The notes beneath the pieces were generated by a model. It ran no database searches and was not told where the DNA came from. It worked only from the letters and a program-made list of their open reading frames with translations. The translations under genes were made by a program, and so were the position numbers. Shown piece by piece: positions 36,298 to 46,497 of a DNA stretch of 64,000 nucleotides. How positions within the stretch are numbered: the stretch's first letter is position 1; each line of letters opens with the position of its first letter. The DNA comes from an uncultured Planctomycetales bacterium (lineage in GTDB: Bacteria; Omnitrophota; Gorgyraeia; Zapsychrales; JANLHA01). Where the stretch lies: the NCBI GenBank assembly GCA_964474085.1, contig CAYYRJ010000011.1:11347-75346 (forward strand). Reading direction: 5' to 3'.

Positions 36298-37075
36298 CGT
36301 TGTAGCTCCTCACAGAGTAAGGCTTCTGCCTGTAAAACGCCTTTTCATAATCAATGACTTGGCCGTCTTCTGTCGTCATCCAGGGAACATCACCATGAGA
36401 GTAGTCACTAATAACAGTTGCACTAAGATGCGACAGTCTTTCTAAAACCTCGTCAATAAGTTTAATCTCGTGTGCCTTGAATTTACTTAAGTCTGGTTCT
36501 TTGAGAGGCAAATATTTTGTTTGGCTATATTGAAAATATTGATTCTGAACTTTTACCAACTCGTGATTATTTTCCATTTCTTTCACGATTTCCAGGAACT
36601 CAACAGGCAATGGGCCAAAGTGATATTTTGTATATGTGGCACCTATCAACTGTTCTTCATATTTTTCATAAAAATCAAAATCAATAAAATAAAGCAGTTT
36701 ACACAAAACAGTTTCGCCAATATTAGGCCTTGACCCAACTTTGTTTAAAACGTAGAGCAAAACTTCCTTAAACCTGTCTACTTTTTTTTGCGGGACGTTG
36801 ATACGAATTTCTTGCTTCTCTGGGGTTATCTGTTCTTTTTGCAAATCAACTTTTATTGTGGCCTTTAAGTCGAGAAGTGTATCCGTAGGGATACAGAATA
36901 AATCGGATAATTTTTTAATATCTTCTGCTGTAATTTTCCGCTCACCATTCTCAATTTGAGACAAAGAAGCTCTGTTAATATCCAAGAATTGGGCTGCTTT
37001 TTCTTGCGAGAGCCCTTTTTCTTCTCGGAGAGTCTTGATTCTTTGGCCTAAATTCTTATAAAATTGCTCGCTCAT
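36263..37075 (-). CDS. XRE-family HTH plus Panacea (DUF4065/SocA-like) domain antitoxin (PanA-like)
   Basis: N-terminal HTH LSQEKAAQFLDINRASLSQIENGERKITAEDIKKLSDLF. The C-terminal domain has the Panacea signature CKLLYFIDFDFYEKYEEQLIGATYTKYHFGP. Confidence 0.55.
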   Translation of the reverse strand: MSEQFYKNLGQRIKTLREEKGLSQEKAAQFLDINRASLSQIENGERKITAEDIKKLSDLFCIPTDTLLDLKATIKVDLQKEQITPEKQEIRINVPQKKVDRFKEVLLYVLNKVGSRPNIGETVLCKLLYFIDFDFYEKYEEQLIGATYTKYHFGPLPVEFLEIVKEMENNHELVKVQNQYFQYSQTKYLPLKEPDLSKFKAHEIKLIDEVLERLSHLSATVISDYSHGDVPWMTTEDGQVIDYEKAFYRQKPYSVRSYNDDGIQAEKESS

Positions 37076-37424
37076 ATTTTCTACTCCTGCACCTATAAAT
37101 TAGCACATGTTAGTTTTGTTGTCAATAGATTGTTAGGAATGTTAACAGAATGCCCTTTAATTGAGCGGAAATGGCCTTTCCTGCCACGATTTTCTTCTAA
37201 ACCAGGGTTGGGTGCCCCTCAAGGCGCAAAACGCCTCTAGGAACCGATTTTCGACCTTTTGAGCTTTTGAACAAAGAACCTAAATTCCAGGTTCTCTTTT
37301 GCGTCATTGCAACCCCTACCAGACCTTTAAGCCACTAAGGAGGGTCAAGGTTGTGGGCAAACTGAGTGAATGATTTAGCCGTTAAAGGAAAATTTTTCAC
37401 GAAAGTGAAATAGTTACTCTGTGA

Positions 37425-37512
37425 CAGAACTGTATTACAGTTCTGGAACTGAGTAACTAGATACTGTTCCAGTATCTAGTTTTACAAGTACCAGTCCTAG
37501 AATAGGACTGGT
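37425..37512. repeat. Three adjacent perfect palindromes: cagaactgta-t-tacagttctg (37425-37445, nested in 9-bp outer arms tagttactc/gagtaacta), aactagatactg-ttc-cagtatctagtt (37455-37481), and accagtccta-gaa-taggactggt (37490-37512)
   Basis: Read directly from the sequence. They sit in a roughly 1-kb non-coding stretch between the TA operon and the serine recombinase gene. Confidence 0.6.
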
Positions 37513-38056
37513 CAAGTATTAGGATGATATCATTATTAGCAGTAGTTTATTAACTGTATATAGTATATTAAGTATAATCCCTGCTCTTTTGATTTTCAAA
37601 AAGTGGCTCAAACAACCTACAACCAATTGTGGAGTGTTTATATTCAGGGAAGGCAAAGAAAGCGGGCCTATCGGGGCCCAAAAGTTCCCACAAAAAGCCC
37701 GTCAAAAACCTGGTTATCGTGGTTTTCGCCCTCTCCGCAAAATTCGCAAAAAAGCCCTGTTTTTATATAAAAATCGTCACGGATGAAGAAAAATCGGCCA
37801 AAAGTCACAAGCTGAAAAATCCCGTAAACTGATACACTTTCGGCGCACTCAATATTTTTATATTTAAGACTCAGGGTTTACTTATGTTTTGATGGGTTAT
37901 TGAAACGGGATGCTCAGAAAAAGCCCAGCGCAATCACTGCTTTCCTTCGAGGCAAACAGGCTAATAGACGCAGGCCCATAGTTACTGGCCGTTTAGAATT
38001 AGCCAAAAATGCTCAAATGTTATATGCTTTAGTCAATCAAAGGGAGGATAGATACA

Positions 38057-38605
38057 ATGCTGAATGCTGCTCTTTATGTTCGTGTATCGAAAAATGATGA
38101 TTCACAAAATCCAATAAATCAATTGAAACCCCTGCGGGATTTTGCAAATAGTTTAGGGGTAAACATCATCGAGGAATATGTTGACCACGCAAGCGGGGGG
38201 AACTCCGACAGAGTTAATTTTCTTAGAATGCTCAATGACGCAGAAAAGCATCGCTTCGCATTGTTGATTCTGTGGTCTCTTGACAGGCTTTCTCGGGAAG
38301 GAATCAGTAACACTCTTGGTTATTTACAACGATTAAAGCGTAATGGTGTCGCCGTTAAAAGCCTTCAGGAAGGCTGGCTCGATACACGTGACGAGGGCAT
38401 TGGCGACTTGCTATTAGCAATATTTTCTTGGGTTGCTTCGCAGGAAAGGTTGAGAGTGAAGGAGAGAACTTTGGCGGGGCTTCGACGTGCGGTCGCATCT
38501 GGGAAAAAATTAGGACGGCCCGTCGGCAGCAAAGACAAAAAACGCAGACGCCTGTCGGGTTATCTTCTCAGATACGCAGAAACTTCCAAACAATCCTCCC
38601 AGTAA
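38057..38605 (+). CDS. Small serine recombinase (resolvase/invertase family)
   Basis: N-terminal catalytic domain AALYVRVSKNDDSQNPINQ with the nucleophile Ser in the YVRVS context. C-terminal HTH with KLGRPVG. Confidence 0.8.
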   Translation: MLNAALYVRVSKNDDSQNPINQLKPLRDFANSLGVNIIEEYVDHASGGNSDRVNFLRMLNDAEKHRFALLILWSLDRLSREGISNTLGYLQRLKRNGVAVKSLQEGWLDTRDEGIGDLLLAIFSWVASQERLRVKERTLAGLRRAVASGKKLGRPVGSKDKKRRRLSGYLLRYAETSKQSSQ

Positions 38606-38859
38606 AATCACCACATTTCTTTACAGGATTTCTGACTAAAACCAAAAACAAAAAATCGGTCGTTTGTTTGGTGACATAAAGCCGACAAAAGGCTTTTCCG
38701 AGGGGGCCCCACGACCTGAGAATGGATTTCACAAAGAGAGGCACGTGTTTATACGCTCAATCACGACGAGCTTTTCAAAAAGTGCGACCTGACCTTCCGA
38801 TGCCTGGAAATGATTTCTCAAAAAATCCTAAAATTTTTTTTGAGCTTACAAAAGTCTTC

Positions 38860-39261
38860 TTAAACGCCTTTGAGTACTTCAAATTCAGTCTCAGTGAGAT
38901 ATTTAAAAGATTGCGGAATGACAAAATCGGGGAACACTTCTCTGGGGTTAATATGCTTCTTCAACGATACAAATTTCTTTATCTCAATTGAGATACCAAA
39001 CGCATTGTCTTGATAATAAGAAAAAAATTCCTCTTTTTCAATCCCAGAGAACTTCCAGAATTTATTCCAAAGTTTCTCGGGATGGTCTTTGTGTATTCTT
39101 TTAACTTCAAAATAACCGATAATCTTTTGATAAGGTGAACTGGCATAGACAACAACTCGCTTAACTTTCTGTCCAATATTTCCCTTCCTAAATTCATATC
39201 TTTTTTTGCCATCCAAAATAGCAAATGCAAATTTTGGTTTAATTGGTAAGAATACATTCAT
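38860..39261 (-). CDS. ASCH-domain (PUA-like fold) protein
   Basis: 133 aa. FAILDGKKRYEFRKGNIGQKVKRVVVYASSPYQKIIGYFEV matches the ASCH beta-barrel with its conserved GxK/YE motifs. Confidence 0.5.
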   Translation of the reverse strand: MNVFLPIKPKFAFAILDGKKRYEFRKGNIGQKVKRVVVYASSPYQKIIGYFEVKRIHKDHPEKLWNKFWKFSGIEKEEFFSYYQDNAFGISIEIKKFVSLKKHINPREVFPDFVIPQSFKYLTETEFEVLKGV

Positions 39262-40741
39262 CCTTGAATTTCTCCGCTAAGGTTACGAATGAATTATGAC
39301 TTATAGCGGTAATCGACTCAAGGTGATTGTTGATTATTTTACGATTGGACAAATCCTGAAAGCTCATACCAGCGTCGAGATGGCCAATTTGTCGGAATAA
39401 AATCGCCAAGATTTCTTTCTTGCACATTTTCTGTATGCTCTCCAAAGGGAAAACAGTTCTTTTCCCTACAAATGCGCTAACCTCATCAGCGTCAGAACTT
39501 CTTTTAATATTTTCTATAATCCCTAAAGTAGTTATTTTCTTTAAATCTTGCGACCTATAAAACAATATTAAATCTCCAACTTTCAAATCTTTTCTCTTGT
39601 TGTTGCATAGATAGGCTTTCTTTATGGAGTTTCCAGAAGCGTAACTTTCCGTAGTTGGGAATAATTCCATCTGGGGCATTTTATAATCAGGAAATAATAA
39701 CGTGTGCCAATCAGGAATGATGGGAATGATATATTTATTCTCCGCTTTCTTAACATAAAAGTATGGCGAATATTTAACATAAAAATCCATTTTGCTAAAT
39801 ATATTCGTTTCTTTAACATCGGGCTTTGCAAACTCTTTAATGAGGATTTTTTCTCCTCTTGCCGTCAAGCGAGTGTCAAGCTGAAATCCAAACTCAATAA
39901 ATAAATCAATGAGCAAAGAGTGCTTTTCAAATACAGTGACATAGGCTTTTTCAAATCTATTTTCGATACAATACATAAATAAATTTTTTATCAATAATTC
40001 GCCCACCTTGTTACCTTGAGCTTGCTCAGAAACTTTAAAGGTACAAACCTTCATAACTTTTCCTGAATATAGCTTACAGTTACTACTTTCGTCCTTGTGT
40101 ATACAGATGCCACCTATATTTTTGCTGCGATTAAGGTAGTATACCCAAGCGTCCCGTCCGTCTTTCTGGCATTTGACAAACCATTTTTCAAATGAAGGCG
40201 AATCTTTTACCTCGGGGTAATCATCCTTTAGTGAATCTAATATTGAATCATCTTTATTTAGGTTATAGAGCTTTTCATTATAAATATGCGGAATCTCTAC
40301 CTGAATCTTTTCAAAAAGTGCCTTAAGAAAAGAAAGCCCTTCAGGTATTGTATAAACATTCTCAATAGAACATCTTCGAGCTTTCGCATGTAAGCCAGCG
40401 TCTTCGGAAATTAAGACAGCAATACAATTTTGTCTTAGGGCGTATAAAATATACGCATCTACCAAATCTCTTGGGTTGCTCACATTACAATTTATTTCTT
40501 TAAGGAAATCTATGGGCGGTTCTGGCGGGGATTCCAATTCCTCATATTTCTTTATCCTCGATAGCATCTCATTTTTTCTTTTAACATCTAAGTCTCTTTC
40601 AATATCTTCCCTCGATTTAGGATGGATACGCAATTGACAATGTTTCATTGAAACTTTATGAAACTCAGCAAATTCGTTTGCAATTTCTTTATTAGAGTCT
40701 TCAAGCTGAATGAATATGTTTGTGTCGATTAAGATTCTCAT
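39239..40741 (-). CDS. Multi-domain protein: an N-terminal PIN nuclease domain, a central GNAT acetyltransferase domain and a C-terminal uncharacterised (possibly PUA/EVE-like) domain
   Basis: MRILIDTNIFI is the PIN first acidic motif. The GNAT motif A region is QGNKVGELLIKNLFMYCIENRFEKAYVTV. C-terminal LKVGDLILFYRS. Overlaps the ASCH gene by 23 nt. Confidence 0.5.
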   Translation of the reverse strand: MRILIDTNIFIQLEDSNKEIANEFAEFHKVSMKHCQLRIHPKSREDIERDLDVKRKNEMLSRIKKYEELESPPEPPIDFLKEINCNVSNPRDLVDAYILYALRQNCIAVLISEDAGLHAKARRCSIENVYTIPEGLSFLKALFEKIQVEIPHIYNEKLYNLNKDDSILDSLKDDYPEVKDSPSFEKWFVKCQKDGRDAWVYYLNRSKNIGGICIHKDESSNCKLYSGKVMKVCTFKVSEQAQGNKVGELLIKNLFMYCIENRFEKAYVTVFEKHSLLIDLFIEFGFQLDTRLTARGEKILIKEFAKPDVKETNIFSKMDFYVKYSPYFYVKKAENKYIIPIIPDWHTLLFPDYKMPQMELFPTTESYASGNSIKKAYLCNNKRKDLKVGDLILFYRSQDLKKITTLGIIENIKRSSDADEVSAFVGKRTVFPLESIQKMCKKEILAILFRQIGHLDAGMSFQDLSNRKIINNHLESITAISHNSFVTLAEKFKDECILTN

Positions 40742-40750
40742 ATTACTGCG

Positions 40751-41278
40751 CTACAGTCGCCCTTTCAGAAAACTAATAATCCCCACCTCATCATATGAAT
40801 TGAACTTTATCATCTGGATATTTAACTCTTTTGCTACTTGCTCCGCATATTCCGACTCTATTTGTTGTTGGGAGGTTATCAAATCAATGTCATAATTTTT
40901 CGAGTCTCTATTCTTAAGATTCTTGATAATTTCATCTGGGCGGTTAATCAATAAAACAATCATAGTCGGACTAATTTCTCGCAAATATTGAATAGGCACC
41001 CTTTCAATCTCATATTGATGACCTATTAAGGTTAAATGTCCGTCCAGCAGCAATTTATTCTCCGATACATATTTTTTCAGTCCATTTATCAAGATATTTT
41101 GATTATCACACACGCCCAAAACCCTTTTGTCATTGTCAGAATTTATTATTTCTTTTTCACCGTTGATTATATCTCCTGCGTTTAGATATACGAATCCGAA
41201 CTCATCGCATATTTTTTTACAACGACTTGTCTTTCCAACTCCATGAACACCTGTAATAAATATAAAATTTCTTTCCAT
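40751..41278 (-). CDS. P-loop NTPase / nucleoside(nucleotide)-kinase-like protein (AAA_33-type)
   Basis: Walker A FITGVHGVGKTS at the N-terminus. Small size (175 aa) typical of kinase-like P-loop proteins. Confidence 0.45.
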   Translation of the reverse strand: MERNFIFITGVHGVGKTSRCKKICDEFGFVYLNAGDIINGEKEIINSDNDKRVLGVCDNQNILINGLKKYVSENKLLLDGHLTLIGHQYEIERVPIQYLREISPTMIVLLINRPDEIIKNLKNRDSKNYDIDLITSQQQIESEYAEQVAKELNIQMIKFNSYDEVGIISFLKGRL

Positions 41279-41357
41279 AATGTAGCCCCAATAAAAAAAG
41301 CAACCCTCAGATGAGAATTGCCTATAAAGTCACTAAACTGCTTCCGAACTTATGAAG

Positions 41358-42602
41358 CTACTCATCGACTTCAGGAATCTCCTCCTCAGAAGGAAGCTCA
41401 ATAGAAATCTTACCATGAACCTCATCATGGCATTTAGAGCATAAAATCATTATATTGGGAATCTCGGTTTTCCCACCATCAGCATATCGAGTTTTGTGAT
41501 GATACTCGGGTTCTTTATAATCTTTGAATGGCTTATTACAAATTTGACAACGTGGATTCTTAGCAAAGACGGCAATCTTATCCTCGTCGGATATTTGACG
41601 TTTTTCATCCAATTCAGCAAGGGGATATTTCTTAAGGAATTCCTGCCTAAGAATATTTTTTCTAAGGTTAATGATTTTTTCAGACCACCCGCCACGCACA
41701 TTGTCATAAAATCTCTGATAATTTGCGTTCGACCGCCGAAAATCTTCCGTATAAACTTTACCGTGAAAGTCTTCAATAAATGCTCTGATTAAACCTTCCT
41801 TCCCAACAAGTGAATAGCTCAAACGAAGGTCTTTAACCATTCCGTAGACGGCGAGCACCCAAGCATGTTTTTCCAAATAATGATATTCTCCTGGGTTGGG
41901 AGGGAAACATTCTGTCAAAAAATTCAAATTACTTATGACAGCTTTATAGTCTTTATCATCCTTCGCGATGTCTTTAATTTCATCAAAAAAATTATAAAGC
42001 TCATTTGAACCACACTGTTTTGCGCCGTATTTTTCATAAAACAGAATTCTTGCTGCATCAGGATATATACCGTAACGTTCTTTGTACACGCCAATAGATT
42101 TATCCATAAACGGATGGTGCGCTATTTCCCGCATTCGCTCAACAATTGTGCCAGCCTTTGCATTTAGTCTTTCTCCAAGCTGAAGAGGCTTACCACGCTG
42201 TAAACGTGAAAAGATTAGACGGACTCTCTCGTCGTCATAATCTTCCATTATCCAGAAACGCAATTCATAATTCAGGAAAGCATCTCTCTGATTATCATCT
42301 ATTGGATTCTCACTATTAAAGGTTTTCCCGTGGTTCTGAACGCCAGAAAATTTTTTATTTAATTTTAATTTGTTATCATGAAACTTAAAAATAGCACTTA
42401 AGCGTTGCTGTCCGTCCACAATGTAAGAAACCTTTTCTCCTGATTTATAATTTAAGAAAAACAGGGGCATAGGCTCCCCTTTTAGTATTGTGTCAATGAG
42501 ACATTGATTATCTTCATTCGACCAAGCATCCGATGGTCTTTGATAATTCAAATCAACCTTATACTTGTGACGGTTATTAACTATTTCTTGTATAGTTGCC
42601 AT
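41358..42602 (-). CDS. DUF262 (ParB/GmrSD N-terminal nuclease-like, DGQQR motif) fused to a C-terminal HNH endonuclease. A type IV (modification-dependent) restriction-like defense enzyme.
   Basis: SYIVDGQQRLSAIFKF is the DUF262 signature. The C-terminal CQICNKPF...YHHKTRYADGGKTEIPNIMILCSKCHDEVH is an HNH motif. Confidence 0.65.
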   Translation of the reverse strand: MATIQEIVNNRHKYKVDLNYQRPSDAWSNEDNQCLIDTILKGEPMPLFFLNYKSGEKVSYIVDGQQRLSAIFKFHDNKLKLNKKFSGVQNHGKTFNSENPIDDNQRDAFLNYELRFWIMEDYDDERVRLIFSRLQRGKPLQLGERLNAKAGTIVERMREIAHHPFMDKSIGVYKERYGIYPDAARILFYEKYGAKQCGSNELYNFFDEIKDIAKDDKDYKAVISNLNFLTECFPPNPGEYHYLEKHAWVLAVYGMVKDLRLSYSLVGKEGLIRAFIEDFHGKVYTEDFRRSNANYQRFYDNVRGGWSEKIINLRKNILRQEFLKKYPLAELDEKRQISDEDKIAVFAKNPRCQICNKPFKDYKEPEYHHKTRYADGGKTEIPNIMILCSKCHDEVHGKISIELPSEEEIPEVDE

Positions 42603-42619
42603 AACAACTCCTCACCAAA

Positions 42620-43534
42620 TCAAAAATGCTTACAAGCATCTAAATCTAACAAAATTGGTAAATTAACTCTCTCGTTCTTTGTACACCCAGGCGTATCAGC
42701 TTTCTTAATGTCATTTATTAAATTTATTATTTCAGTATTTTCTAACGCTCGATTCTTAATTTCTAAACTTGGAAAGATTACCATTGAGAACCAGCCATCG
42801 AGAGGCAACAGATATTCTGGCTTATTTTCCCCAGGTAGATTGTCAGGTTTTAAGAACATCTCCTCGGGTCTTTTTTTAATAACACGATTTTTAATCGCCT
42901 CATTCATAGTGGTCTTAATTTCTTCAGAGAAAACAATTCTCCACTCAGATTCATCAAAAATATCATATCGAATATGGCCTCTGTCATCTCTCTCAAACAT
43001 TTTCTTCGCAAACAATAACATCCATTGGTAATAATTTTGATTCGGTAAATTCTTGTTGGCTTTGGGAAGAAACAAATTTTGCATCTCGGGTTGGACATAA
43101 ATCATGGGGCATCCCAATCTATCAAATAGAAAAAATCTTTTAACTCCTATACCTAATCTTCCGAATTTAACGGCATGAGCTCTTGAATCAGACAGCTTTA
43201 ATTCAGTAAAACAGGTTCTGGCAACTAACGGCCTATTTATCTTTTGGCCATCAAGAATCAGTTCTTCATCCTTAGTCATCCATAGCCCATATTTCAAAAT
43301 CGAAACTAATCTTTGTATATATTCTTCAATTAAGTCGTTATTCTTAATTTCACAATAGGGGCGATGATACCAGTCAGGGTCATGTTTGTTATCAATATCT
43401 TTCCCAGTCCAGTGTATCAAGAAATCTGAATGATTAACTGAGTGCATATGCTCGGCATTCTGTAAATGTTTGATATTACTTAAGTTATTTATTTTAACGT
43501 TTAAATATGTTTTGAACAAGCAAAACTTACCCAC
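42620..43534 (-). CDS. Hypothetical protein (304 aa), possibly abortive-infection (Abi)-like
   Basis: Only weak resemblance (SDFLIHWTG, FTELKLSDSRAHAVKFGRLGIG) to Abi/DUF2971-type proteins. Placement in a defense island. Confidence 0.25.
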   Translation of the reverse strand: MGKFCLFKTYLNVKINNLSNIKHLQNAEHMHSVNHSDFLIHWTGKDIDNKHDPDWYHRPYCEIKNNDLIEEYIQRLVSILKYGLWMTKDEELILDGQKINRPLVARTCFTELKLSDSRAHAVKFGRLGIGVKRFFLFDRLGCPMIYVQPEMQNLFLPKANKNLPNQNYYQWMLLFAKKMFERDDRGHIRYDIFDESEWRIVFSEEIKTTMNEAIKNRVIKKRPEEMFLKPDNLPGENKPEYLLPLDGWFSMVIFPSLEIKNRALENTEIINLINDIKKADTPGCTKNERVNLPILLDLDACKHF

Positions 43535-43544
43535 CCAATAATTT

Positions 43545-44444
43545 TTATATGTTTAATGGGTGCTTTTCCACCGCTCCTCTTAACTGCTGCTCATCGCATC
43601 CCAAATAAAATCTCGCCGTGGTGGAAATATCAGCATGACCAACCAGAAGTTGAATGTCTCGCAGATTAACACCATTCCTAAGCATCAATGTGCAGAAGGT
43701 ATGCCGCAATATTTGCGGGCAAACTTTCTTTGGAATCTTGGCCTTCTTGCGGAGTTCTCGGAACATGTCATAAAGCCCCTGGGTGGTAAGTGCTGAACCT
43801 CGCCTATTCGTCGAGACAAAGAGATTATCTACCGTCCGCTCGGGGCGAACCTTCAAATAGTCCTTCACGAATCCTATAAGCGTTTCGTTTAAAGGGATGA
43901 GCCGTTCTTTGTTCTTGGCTGAAACTTTGATATATCCTCGCTCAAGATTTAAGTCCCGCATTTTGAGATTAAGAAGCTCTTTCTTCCGTATCCCCGTTAA
44001 TAAAAACATGGCAATAATCGCCACGTCTCTATACCACTGGGATTTATAAAACCGCTTCATATCCATGCAGGCCCGTAATAATTTCCTGGCCTCGTCTTCA
44101 TCCAGAAACTCGGGAAGCCTGCGGGCTATTTTGGGCTTTTCAATGCGGTCAAATGGATTATTGGGGAGGTGATTGCGCTTAACCAGGAAGGTACAAAAAG
44201 CCCTCAAAGCCCGTATCAGATTTAGAATCGTTCTGGGTGAGTTGCCTGACTGTCGCTGGTGAATAAGAAAATCTCGCAGGGTTTCAACGCTGAGGGCGTC
44301 TAAAGTAGCGGGTAATACTCGACGACGAAGGTATTTATAGAAGCAGCGAATACTGCCGTCATACCACAGGATAGTAGTAGGTTCTAAGCACCTTTCTAAG
44401 ATTGAGTAGCTGGTGAATTCTTTGTAGAGCTCGGGGAGTTTCAT
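43545..44444 (-). CDS. int: Tyrosine recombinase/integrase (XerC/D-like size) of the tRNA-Met island
   Basis: C-terminal catalytic region LRHTFCTLMLRNGVNLRDIQLLVGHADISTTARFYL (H-R-H/Y context). Adjacent to the tRNA target. Confidence 0.85.
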   Translation of the reverse strand: MKLPELYKEFTSYSILERCLEPTTILWYDGSIRCFYKYLRRRVLPATLDALSVETLRDFLIHQRQSGNSPRTILNLIRALRAFCTFLVKRNHLPNNPFDRIEKPKIARRLPEFLDEDEARKLLRACMDMKRFYKSQWYRDVAIIAMFLLTGIRKKELLNLKMRDLNLERGYIKVSAKNKERLIPLNETLIGFVKDYLKVRPERTVDNLFVSTNRRGSALTTQGLYDMFRELRKKAKIPKKVCPQILRHTFCTLMLRNGVNLRDIQLLVGHADISTTARFYLGCDEQQLRGAVEKHPLNI

Positions 44445-44555
44445 TTGCCGTTGGGCTTACAGGCAACATGCTGTCTTCCAACGGTTAGTGGGAAAGGGGT
44501 GGAGCAGGTTGGTAGCTCGTCGAGGGCTACTTGTTCCTACTCCACCTTTTCGTAT

Positions 44556-44632
<77 letters not shown>

Positions 44633-44738
44633 GTTTATCTGAATGAAAATATCTTGAGAAAACGGCGGTACTTCCTCGGACATTAAGTCCTCGGTCGCCC
44701 GCTTTATTAAAAAACTATCTTAAAGAAAGGCGGTATTC

Positions 44739-45020
44739 TTACTTCTTGACCGTATTGGTTGGCTGGCTGATCTTATAAACGACCTCGCCGCTGCGTATCA
44801 AGCCCATCTTTTCGCGGCCAACCTTCTCCAAATACGCCGGGTCACGCTCCAAACGCCGCATTTCTTCGACCAACCTGATCTTGCGCAACTTTAACTCTTC
44901 AATCTGTTTGCTGTAATCGATATTTTTTTGCCTTAAATCCTGCAGTTTTGTATACGACGGCAAAAAGATAACCACAGCAAAAATCGCAAAAGCAAAGAGC
45001 CAAAGGGCGTTTTTTATCAT
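44739..45020 (-). CDS. ftsB: Septum formation initiator FtsB/DivIC-like protein
   Basis: 93 aa with an N-terminal TM helix followed by a coiled coil (KLQDLRQKNIDYSKQIEELKLRKIRLVEEMRRLERDPAYLEKVGREK). Confidence 0.55.
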   Translation of the reverse strand: MIKNALWLFAFAIFAVVIFLPSYTKLQDLRQKNIDYSKQIEELKLRKIRLVEEMRRLERDPAYLEKVGREKMGLIRSGEVVYKISQPTNTVKK

Positions 45021-45032
45021 ACGGTTACGTGA

Positions 45033-46334
<1,302 letters not shown>

Positions 46335-46497
46335 TTAGTTTGGATTCTAAAAATGCAGAAAATGAACAAAATTCCGTTCCAAGAATAGGGACAAATTAGC
46401 ATAGTTCCATTTTAAAGTCAAGGTTCTAGAATTTTGACGGAGATATGTTATACTCTCTTTAGTTTTTTACTCGTTAACCCACAACCCAGGCTCCCCT

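Noticed and set aside
37589-38097. Three small plus-strand ORFs (65-67 aa) in the non-coding stretch upstream of the serine recombinase
   Set aside because: They are Lys/Arg-rich with no start context or motifs. The region is better explained as structured non-coding DNA (palindromes and hairpins). A small regulatory peptide cannot be excluded.
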